From Lama glama (taxonomy: Eukaryota), in contig CM052818.1 in the NCBI GenBank assembly GCA_028534125.1, positions 39,930,001 through 39,994,000 on the forward strand: a stretch of 64,000 bases of DNA, read 5' to 3'. Shown here in pieces: positions 50,331-61,102 of this stretch. Made by a program: the position numbers and the translations under genes. The notes under the pieces are model-generated. The model was not told the origin of the DNA. It searched no databases and saw only the letters and a list, made by a program, of their open reading frames with translations. Position 1 is the first letter of the stretch, and each line of letters begins with the position of its first letter.

Positions 50331-51999
50331 ACAACAAGGGGAGGAGCTCTGAACTCAAGTCCAAAGGGCCCCCAACTACCATATGATTATCGCCAAGGTC
50401 CTTTCTGTCTCATTATCTTCCTCGTCTTTGCTGCGAGAGACTTTGAAAAGTGCCCTCCTCCCACTTTCCCTCCTGATGAGAGACAGAACAAACTTCTGGG
50501 GTGAGGGGCTGAATGAAGTAGCTATCTATGTATGGAAGGTATCTTTGGAGTCTTGGTCTGCAAAATGAATGTGAACTTTTTCTCATTCTATTCTATAAGT
50601 ATTGGTCTCAGTATAAGGATATATTATGTTGGGTGGACCCTGGGAGCACAGCATTTTAAGAAACAAAGATCTCAAGAGATTTCCAAGTTAATATTCCGAG
50701 AGTCTCTAAACCCAAGTGATAACAAAATAAAATAGGTCCTCGAATGAGTAAAGGTAGAACTGGCAATTGCATTATTTCCTACCTTAAATGATGTTTTTCA
50801 AACAGAAATAAAAGAACAAGTGAAGTATGTGCACTTCCATGGAAAGGAGTATTCTAGGAGAAGCAGTCCCATAGGATTCGTGTTTAAAAAGGAGGATGCT
50901 AAGGGGCACATGCAGGAAGGAAAGGTACAGTCTTTCATATGAGAAAAGAACTCTGTTCAATTGAGGATCATGAGATGTTCCTGGAAGTCACATGACAAAC
51001 TGAATTCTATGTAATAACCTATTTAGATCTTGAACAGATGTTAAAAAAAAAAAAGAAATCCTACTGTGAACTTCCTATGAAAAAAGTTTTGCTAGTATCC
51101 AGAGTGCATGGGAGGAGATGATGGACTGGTAGAAAAACAAAGCCTGGAGGAGTGTCTTTAATTGTGCGCTGTGAGATTTACTGGGGCCCGACAGGGGTCA
51201 GACTTGAGGTCCTTCCTGTTCAAAAATCTGTAAAAAATGGCAAAGACTGGTTAATTCTGCTGACAACACAGAGTTGAGGGAGGAGTAGCCATTCAACAAA
51301 AAGTCAGCAAAATTCAGAAGTGTTTGGGGGCTATTCCCTTGCCTTGAAAATTCTCGGAAATCAGTTGATGCTAGTTCATCAACGTTCACATTTGGAGGAG
51401 AATGTATGACCTACAAAGTAAGTGTAGAAGACCCAATCAAAAGTTGTTTTTGGCACAGGAATGGAGATTACATTAGTGTAACTTGAATTCCTGGATTGCT
51501 GTGGACAATGCCAAGATCTGGGACTCAACTCTAGATAAGGCAATTTTCCCAGCCTCCTATTTTAGACATGTCAGAATCTGGAACAGTGCATGCACATTTT
51601 TAGTAGGATGGAACACTTCACCTTTAGTTGGCCTTTGGTGGGCTGGCCCTGGAGCAGGGGCTGGGTAGCAGTCACTGGCACTGGTACGAGGTGGGTTCTT
51701 CACCATAAACAAACCGAGAAATCATGACATATGAACATTTCGTTTTATCCTTCCTTGCAGCTCTGTGGAGGACTAGCAGAAATGCTATCTTCTCAAGAAG
51801 AAATGAAAGGCATCCAATTTATTATTAAGGACTGAATTTGTCTCCCCAGTACAGAGAACGTAGGCATTTCTTATAAGAGGAAATGCCATCAACACCTTTT
51901 GTTTTTCCCACTGCTTTTCCTTCTTTCCAAAGCTTTTTGTTTACTACAGTATTTGTTTCCATCTTGATACCTAGATATACCTCCTGAATTTGGAAGAGC

Positions 52000-52780
52000 T
52001 CATTCTCTATGAAACTGTATTGTTGCACTGTTTGAGCAAAGGTAGAAGGGTGGCATTCCAAAGGTGACAGTTTGGTGGGAGTCAGGGCACTTAAAGAAAC
52101 GAAGCGTTTCTGGGTCTGGTGTGTTGTGTTTGGAGTGAACTGTTGAGATGGGGAGGACAGTTTGAAGCCATTCAAATTAGCAAGGGTTTAGGATTGTGGT
52201 TGATGAAGTCCCCACTGCATCTGAGGACTTCAGGTGGAGGGTAAAAGGTTCTGCCTGGTTACAGAGAGGTGCTAAATATGAAGAAATGACATACATAGAG
52301 GCCAGCAGATGACAGACATACAGACAGGAGATCACACTTAGTGACATGAGTCTCAAAGGAAGAAGGTTTTCTCAAGGAGGGTCGCAACACAGTGGCCTAA
52401 AAGCTGTGGTGGAGGCCTGTCAAAATTTCTCTCTACCTGCAAGAACCAGTATCTAGGGGTCACATGAGCACACACAGCACCATCGCCAGAGGTCTTCGGG
52501 GCTTCTGGGGCCGTGGGTGACAGGAAGAACGCTTTTGGAGGAGTTTGAGTGACGACTTGGGAGGAGGTCAGTATGAGTGATCTTTCCTGGGAACACAAGG
52601 GAGGTGTTGGGAGCTGGTTAGTGAAAGGGGGAGTGAAAGAGGAGTGGGCAAGGGCCACATTTGATGCAGACAGCAGTTCAGAAGGGACTGCGACTCTGTG
52701 GGATGCTAGGAAACATCAGGAATTAGAGAAGCAGAACCCCAGGAGCTGGAGAGAAACAATGGAGCTTAGAGACATTTAGC
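52000..52780 (-). mobile_element. Probable L2 endonuclease-region remnant
   Basis: Purine-rich plus strand; minus strand has degenerate GDF (gggacttcatc) and VIxxP (gtcatctgctggcc) traces of the APE domain motifs GDFN and VIYRPP. Confidence 0.4.
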
Positions 52781-53949
52781 CAAGAGTTTTAGCAGATAAT
52801 AATCTTAGTGCGCTACAAACCCCTAGGAGTGGGATTTCTATTTCCAGTGAAGAGGGAGATTCCGAACTGTGTCCTTGTTTAGATCACTGATCCTCGTGTA
52901 AACTGGTCTTGCCATCAGAACCTCAGACAAAGTTGAGGAGGTTCACTCCAGCGACTTGAACCCGAGCCTTACACAATTTAGAGAATTTACACCATTTTGT
53001 AAAAGTGCTCTTCCTTTACAAGCCACGCTGGGCTCTGACAGCAGGCTAGGGATGGCCGCAGGGAAGTCATAGCACTTGGAAGGCCTCAGAAGAGAGGGAA
53101 GACGCTGACTCCAAGAGTAAAAGGTTGAATGATTGTCAGGCGGGGGGCCAAGGAACAGGGGAGCAATTCTGCCAATTCTCCACTCCCCCTCCAAGCGCTC
53201 CAACCTCCCATCCGCCGCCAAGACCCATGTCATTTTTCTGACATGAAATATGTATATAATCCTAGCCTGATTTTTTAAAGCACAAGAGGGTTGATTCTGT
53301 TTATGCCTCCCTCTAACTCCCACCCAGTACAAACATTGGCCTCCAGCCTGGTAGTGACGACAGGACCTAACAAAACAGAATCCCAGAGCCAGGAAGTACA
53401 CGGCTAAGTAAACTTGCCCCCAGTCGCTGACAGTTTTAACCAGGTAGGTGTAGCGCTGGAGGACTTGGACAGGGAGGCACAGGCAAGATCACTGGGTGGG
53501 AGAACAGCAGCAGACACTTAATGACTGACTTTTTGCTTGGATGCTAGTGCTCTTTGTCTGGTCCCTGCGTTGGGACTTTGGCATCATCTGCTGGATTTAG
53601 ATCTTGGTGGCTGAAGCAGGGAAAGGGTTGCCTCAATGAAATAAGATCTGCCTCAGGACATTTCCTGTACATCCCCAAAATACATAGTTTGGCATCTTCA
53701 TGAGCAAATATGATTCATGTAGGAAAAGGAGACAATGTAAGTGCAGGGAATCGGGCACTTGAAAATATGCAAGTCCAGGAATTGATGAACTAGCATTATC
53801 AAGCATGTGTGTTGTGCCAAAGCACATCCGTTTGATAATGAGTCACCGTGCTATGCACCTTGCAGCTCTCATTTCATTTAAATCTCACGTGGCTCCGTAT
53901 CAGCTACAGGAAGAACTTTCAAAAACATCATTCCCATTGTCCTAGGCAG

Positions 53950-54160
53950 GGAGCCATGGCATCAAAGATCTTGTATCATTTCTCATTTATTAAGGTTCCT
54001 AAAAATGTCATTAGGTTTCATCCTTTGTCTCAGTGCTTCTATAAGCAGAGTAGTTCTGTTCTCTAATGTTGTGCTTGTTCTCAGCCTCTAGCTCATAACA
54101 CAGGCGTTTTTTTTATCATAAACGCATTTTTGAATGAATAAATAAATGATAATGAATGAA
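53950..54160 (+). mobile_element. L2 3' end
   Basis: ctcagcctctagctcataac...aaacgcatttttgaatgaataaataaatga. Confidence 0.55.
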
Positions 54161-56044
54161 GGACTCACCCTCCCTGTAGAGATTCTGAGAAACATAAAAG
54201 GAAAATGTATCAATTCAGTTTAATTTTTGATAATTGTTTTATGGGTCTCAAAGGGCCATGGAAAGGATCTTTCTCAAAACCAAAGCAAGACCTTCCTGCT
54301 CATATGTGGCTGCTTTGCAGTGTCGCTTCTTTCTCCAGGTACAGGGCTGCAAAGGGCCTCATTTCTGTTGCTGTGGTCAGTAGCTGTGGAGTAGGGAATG
54401 GTGCCTGCCCCTCCGGTGGCCCAGGTGAGAACTTGTCCAGGCAGATCTTTGACATTTGTGGAGCTATAGGGGCTGAAGTGTATGGATCGTCTTGGGGTGA
54501 GAGTCAAGCTAAAGCTGATCCCCCAACCTGAAAACTATTAAACTTTCCTATTTGATTATGTCTTCTAAAATTAGAGAATATTAAAAAAAATAAATCTGCA
54601 AAAATTATTCTTGAAAGTTTTGTTCTGGATCTCCTTTTCTCTTACTCCATACTCTCTCCATGAATGTCCCTCCCTGTCCTGAAAGAAAGACCTCAGATAT
54701 CAGCTGCTGCTATTTTGATTGCCCAAGGTAAGTTCAAAAATGGAAAAGAATCTGTCTCATAGATTATAACTCCAAAGTGTTTGTCATTACAAGAATCCAT
54801 ATTAAAGGACATGCATATGTGGGGATATGCTTTTAACTCCACTTCTTTTCCATTAGAAAATGTTATTCTTGATAAAATTGGCTGGATTAATTTTGAGCAG
54901 TTTTAATTCTTGGTTTTTGTCACCGTGCCCACAGGATATACAGCCTTCCCACTGGCCTGCTCCCTGTGTAATCTCCTCCTCAATTTTTGGCTCCTCTTCT
55001 CCCTGTGTTTAGACATCTGAGCTCATCACTACTCTCTCCTTTCCCCAAGTGCTGTTGGGCTCTTTCCCATGCCCCTGACTGCAGGCTGGACGGTTACCCA
55101 GCAGCCTTCTCGCTAAATTAAGATGGTTTCTCCATAGTGAGAGGGATCTTCTCAGCCAGGACGAAAGGAGGATCTTCTAGTTTTCTCAGCCAACGTCGGG
55201 AGACTTCTGGAGAATTGTAGCCAAGCGTGAGATGAGTTTTTATCAGGCTGCGTGTGCTAATAGTAACACTATCTTCCATTGTTTATGATGTTCCCCTTTG
55301 AGATGCGTTCTTCCTGTGTAACACCCTATGTAACATCACAGCTTCCGTATTTTGCAGCTGCAGGGGGCCCATTCAGATGAACTGCGGTGAGAATGGTACT
55401 CCCTTAACATTTGCAGGGCACACCCCAACGACCAGCCCCCAGCCCCGTGGCACTTAGATGCCTGGACTTGTGGTCTACTAGCACTAAAAGGGAGAATGTA
55501 AAGAATCTACTCCTGCCTTTCACACATGAGGACCTGGGGTCCAGCAATGGAAGGTCTTACATATTTTCAAACAGGTAGTTGTTTAGCGAGTGGTGTGTGA
55601 ATTCACGTATAGAACCCACATCTCCCTATTATCCACATGTGCTAATAGCACTTGATGGAAAATAAACTTTCCTTTAACATGCAAGGTTATGCAAAAACTT
55701 TTGGTTTGTTGGATAAAATTATAAGACCTACTTCGACAAACATAGACATCTTCATCATTTAAAAGCCATCGAGAGTTGAAGTAAAATCAAAATTTTATTC
55801 TAAAATTCCTTGCATGAAAAAAAAATGTTGTTCTTATGGAGAAGTGGGGGATTTCATGGAACAAAGAAGTAGATACAGGATTTTTTACAAAGTTCTAAAG
55901 GAAGACCCACAATGATTATTTACAGAGTATCTAAGCTTGGAAAGAACCTATATTTCAGCTACTGTTTACTAAATAGCATAGATTTATCTTTGAATGCTAG
56001 CTCATCTATTAACAGAGAGGGGCACAGCCCCCTGTGCTGGGACA

Positions 56045-56212
56045 CTGGGCTGGGTAGCCGAGAGCCAGCGTCCCTAGAATTAGCTATTCTTGAGGTTCAT
56101 TGTTTGACCCAGACATGTTCGTTTTCCTCTCTTATCCTAGGTCTATCAGGTTGTGAAAAGAGGTTAGACTAAATGATCCCCAAGGACTCTTGCCATCTTT
56201 AATATTTTATAA
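56045..56212 (+). mobile_element. MIR3-like SINE
   Basis: actgggctgggtagccgagag...gaggttagactaaatgatccccaaggactcttgccatcttta. Confidence 0.6.
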
Positions 56213-56955
56213 TTTGTTTTCCTAGAATTAGGTAGAAGGTAAAGACATGTAATTGTTGCAACAGTACAGGAGTCTCGGAAGCGTAAAAGAGACCAGGGAA
56301 GCCTAGGATGCCTAACGTTCAGCCTCGCTGCTGCTTTTTCCTTTTCACGAGACTCTTTGCTGTGTTCCTCATAGCTAATGGATGGTCCCCTCCTTACAGT
56401 CTACTGGAGCGACCTAGAGCAAAGTGTCCCGGGTGCCCCCTCCACCACCATCTCCATTTTCTAAATCTTGGAATCCTCAGCCTTGCAGCCGCTTGCTGGC
56501 TCCGAGCTGGGTATCTACCTGGTGTTTCCCATCGCCTGGGAATTCTCATTCGGGACTCTCTGTTCTATGTGCATCATCTCTGTGCGCTCAGCCTCCTCGC
56601 TGATTGTTCGATTGCACGGTCTCCCTTCACAGCTCATCTTTTTTCATTTGTTTCCTGTTGTTCACATCAGTGTACTTCAGCCCCAAGCCTGGTACTTCCG
56701 GATCCTTCCCAACAAAGCTCTGTTTATTTTTTCCTTTCTTCTTTCTCTCCTTCTTAGAGCATCTGTGCCCTTCCTGTAGTTTCATTTCACTGGCAATTGT
56801 AGAGAATTTATCAATGCAGTTGAAAAACTTCACGATCATTTACTGGAAACTTCCTTCTCACTCAGGGTCTTCTTATTCTCAGGAGGTGTCATCTTCTATG
56901 TAATATCTCTAAGTTTCTGAAGCTTCTCCATAAAATGGAAAAATACGTGCCTCGG

Positions 56956-57436
56956 TGTGGTAGGCAGGATTTCTAGCATGACCTCCTCCTTGAGACATGA
57001 TAATAAGGACACATGTCTGTGCAGGCAGAAGTGGGAGTCACAGAGATGTGAAGTATACAGACTGGACATGGCGTTGCTGCTGTGAAGCTGGAGGAGGCCA
57101 CGGGACAGCCTGGGGAGGAATGCGGGTGGCCGTGGGACAGACGGCAACCTCTGGCCAACAGCCAACAAGAAAACGGGGACCTTCATCCAACAACTGAAAA
57201 CCCCAAGAAAGTGAATTTGGCAACAACCTGAATGAGACTGAAAACAGGCCCTTCCTCAGAGCCTGCAGATGAGAGCTCCGCCTGGCCCCACCTTGACTTT
57301 GTCCTGTGCGACCCTGAGCAGAGAACCCAATTACACGGTGCCCAGGCCTCTGAGCTGCTGAAACTGTGATGTAATAAGTCAGTGTTCTTTCAAGCCAGTA
57401 AGTTTGTGATTTGTTTCGCAACAGTAGGAAACTAAA
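56956..57436 (+). mobile_element. MLT1E-like MaLR solo LTR
   Basis: tgtggtaggcaggatttcta...acagccaacaagaaaacggggacct...gaccctgagcagagaaccca...ttcaagccagtaagtttgtgatttgtttcgcaacagtaggaaactaa. Confidence 0.88.
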
Positions 57437-59174
57437 GTCCCAGCTGTGTGCTGCTTTGTGCTTCTGTCCTCCCGCCTCTGAGTCAGAACCCACGGAAGTG
57501 GGATCTTTGGGTTCATTGAGTTAAAGTCCTTTCAAATCACAAGATCTCCCAAATGCTTCCAATTAATGTCTTAAATAATTCTAATTTAGAATTGCAATAT
57601 GGCTTTATTTGAAGAAGACTGGGAATAGCCTGGCACTGTTTCCCCAGCTCAGATACCAGTAACTGAAATCTTTGAATTAGCAAATGATACCCGAAACTCA
57701 GTGGCACAGTAAGGAGGAGGGGGAGTATGGAAAGTGGGTGTGAATGATGTTGGACCAACCATGTGAAAAACCAGTGTCTTAATGCAAGTTCAAAAGTAAA
57801 TTAAAAAGAGTAAGAACAATTTGCCAAGGTAAAAAGACACCAGAGCAGAACAGGATCAGAAATATTGTAGGCAAGTTGATGGATACATTCTCAGAATTGA
57901 TTCAGACTACTTACACAATAGCCATTCCTTGTGGAGGTAAAGGAAATTAGGTTGGAGAGAAAAAAATAATTTCATATTTAGGCAAACTCCTGGCATCATC
58001 TTAAGGCTGTCTTTTCTTTCCACTTCACTACAAAGTGAAGAATAAACTAGGAAACTGTAGAACTGAATTGTATTTTTACTCCAATAATTTGAATCTGTGA
58101 CCATTAAGCATAGGTTAACAGTAGAATAAGGTTAAAGATAAAAGAAAGTTAGCTGTAAGAGAATTCTACATCAAATTGCTCTGAAGCTTTGAAACTCTCA
58201 CTGCAAAAAAAAAAAAAATCAGCAAAATATAAGTTCAGATCCCTTGTTTGTGACCAGAGGTGAAACTATTCAATTTGGGAAGCATCTTCTATGAAAAAGA
58301 AGGTTTAAAGATGTCAGAAATCAAGATTTAAATTGAGCAATTTGGAGATTTTTACCTAAGTGTTTTCATTTCTACAGATCTCAGAATTGTGTATCACTTG
58401 CATATCAAAAATTGTCATTATGTAAACAAACTTTTTTTATAGAAATAAAAATATAATAACGTACTAGCAATATGTGTGGCCCAAGTCTAGCAAGTACCAA
58501 GAAGAGTAGATGCCGTCTATGAAACCAGGACCTTGGGGATCTCAGACTGAGCCAGAGATTAATGATTGTGTTCAGAAATTTCCCACATTTCCCTGCTGTT
58601 GGGCAAAGTCAAGTTGTGACTGCTCCTAAAGTCATCCTAAATTAAATCTTGGGCTGGATGTCCCCAGGTGGGCTGTGGCAGGTCCAGGTCAACTCATGGG
58701 GTTTACAACGAAATGGGAGCTGGGAGATCGCGGACCTGGGCTGGTGGCTCAGGGAGGGGATGAAAGCACTAACTGAGACCTGAAATATGAATACTAGTGA
58801 GTCAAGTGAGGTCGGGAAGTGTAGGGAGGAGAGCATTCCAGGGAGAGGAAACAGAGAGGGGCCAGAGATAGCTCGTGTTCTTTCCTTCCTTCCTTCCAGG
58901 GATGACGATGTTGCCAACGACAATGAAAACAATGCTTTATATTTTCTGTATTTTCCCATGTTTCATAGTTACAATGTTCATATATCTTCTCTTCTTTAAA
59001 ATAGCTTGTTGAAATATACAAGAGAGGAATTTATTACCCCAGTGTTGAAGATGAGGACATCTAGTTCCTGAGCAAATGAAGTGGTTCTCCCGTAGTTAGA
59101 GTCACACTCATTTTACACTTTGTTGCATTTTTACATGCATTTTTAACTTATTTATCCAACATTATTAAGTATTA

Positions 59175-59290
59175 TCATTAAGATCATCTCCATTTGGAAG
59201 TAAAAAGAAACTGAGTATCAGAAAGTTTACATAATTTATCCAACATCACTCCAGTTGGTAACTATGAGAGCTAACCTTAAAAATATCTCC
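59175..59290 (-). mobile_element. MIR fragment
   Basis: catctccatttggaagtaaaaagaaactgagtatcagaaagtttacataatttatccaacatcac. Confidence 0.65.
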
Positions 59291-59689
59291 ATTGCCTAGC
59301 CTGCCCATTTTACCTGAAATGATGGGAAAACCTATTAGAGTGATAGACCAAGTCCTAAATAATTCTTTTCCTCCTTGACTTAGTCCCACCCATGGGCAAA
59401 TCAAGACAACTTAATTCTGTTCCATTGAGGGCTTTCTTCCCATATCACCGTGTCCAACATTGGAAGCTGCCTATGATTTTTGCTGCGGCAATGATCAAAG
59501 TATTAGCACATCTGTCCTGAGTATATTTCAATGGTCAGTCACCAGGCCAGCTAATAGAAAATTAAATATACATCTGTTTATTGTGGCAGAGGAGAGTTTC
59601 TTCAAATTTTTTTAGGGTTAGGGAAGATAAGAGAAATAAGAGAAAGCTTGACAGATGATGGGGGAAATGGGGGAGGGGGAGGATGGGGG

Positions 59690-59960
59690 ATGATGGTTCC
59701 AGGAATATGGAGAAACTTGGAGGAATGCCCAGAATTTGGAGTGGGAGCTAGGGAGGGAGACACGGGAAAAATAAGGGAGGCGATAAAGACAGACTCAAAG
59801 TGTAAGGAGCCTTGAATGTCAGGACAGGAAGTTTGAAATTGATGATGGAGGCACGGAGGAGACAGAAGAGACATACAGGGACGTGAGTAAAGCTGTCACT
59901 GGAGCCCTGGAGGCCTGTCACGGGCATAGGGAGGCTGGCTGGCTGAGGCTTGGGGAAGAA
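59690..59960 (-). mobile_element. L2 fragment
   Basis: ggttccaggaatatggagaaac...aggagccttgaatgtcaggacaggaagtttgaaattgat. Confidence 0.6.
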
Positions 59961-60199
59961 AAGATTGCAAGGGAAGGGAGAATTTCCAACCCTCATGTGC
60001 CTCACAGATATATAAATAAAGCACAATAAGGACTATAATGAGGAAATAAATGTCATAAAAATGTTTGATAGCAGATGGGACATAGAAACATGAAGAGATG
60101 CCAACAGCCTCCAGCCAAGAGCAATAAGGGAACGAGTTTGGTCTAGATGACCTCGAAGCTTTGTTCCAACCTTGCAGATTCTGTAATTCTATGCTTCGG

Positions 60200-60565
60200 T
60201 TCAATTTATTGAATTCCACTAGCATTTATTTGCCAGCTACCACCTATGTAGAAAACATTGTGCAGGGTGCTGTGGTGGAGGGTGGGGGGTGGGAAGGGGA
60301 TATATGATTGAATATAATCCAGTTACCTACTCTGAAGAAGGTCTGTGCATCCTGGAGAGAAAATCTTGCAAACTCTAATGCATTCCAGAATGAATAAATG
60401 ACCTTAGAGAACTGTACCTGTCATGGAAGCCTTGGAGGGGGAGCTGGACACACTTAAAACTCAACTAGGGGTGGGATGATTTTAGGGATAGGCAAAGATA
60501 TGTGAAGACCCTTACGAGATGGAAGAGTACTCATGTCTAAAAGGGGTAAGAAAAGTGCTCTGGGA
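60200..60565 (-). mobile_element. L2 3' fragment
   Basis: ttcaatttattgaattccactagcatttatttgccagctaccacctatgtagaaaacattgtgcagggtgctg. Confidence 0.6.
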
Positions 60566-60571
60566 ATGACC

Positions 60572-61102
60572 GTTTTGGAGGCAGAATTCTAATTCACACC
60601 CTTGTATAACTCCCTCTCCTTGAGCGCGGGTGGGACCTGTGGGACCTGTTGGCTTTTTCTAGCCGATAGATGATGTGACAGGTGGTGGATGCCACTCCCG
60701 TGATTAGATTATGTTATACGGTAAAGGTGAGCTGATAACAAGGCATTTGCAGAGATGAGTTGCCACTTGCGAGAGTTCTACTTGGCGAGAAACTAGGGGC
60801 TCCAGGTGCCGAAAGCAGCCCCCAGCTGACCACCAACAAGAAAGCAGGACCTCGGTCCTACAGCTGCCAGAGACTGCATTCTACCAATAAACAGATGGGC
60901 TTGGGAAAGGACCCTGAACTCCAGAAAGGAAAGTAGCATGGGGGACACCCAGATTGCAGTCTTGTGAGACCCTGAGCAGAGGCTCCAGCTGAGGCGTGCC
61001 TGGACTCCAGACCAAGAAAAACAATGAGATAACAAAGGGATATTTTTTAAGCTACTAAGTTGGTGGTAATTTGTTACACAGCAATAGAAAACTAATACTA
61101 CA
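60572..61102 (+). mobile_element. MLT1E/F-like MaLR solo LTR
   Basis: ggcagaattctaa...cccttgtataactccctctccttgagcgcgggtgggacctgtg...cttgtgagaccctgagcagagg...ttttaagctactaagttggtggtaatttgttacacagcaatagaaaactaatac. Confidence 0.9.

Noticed and set aside
51364..51383. Hairpin gttgatg-N6-catcaac
   Set aside because: 7-bp stem is too short for a miRNA precursor and is expected by chance
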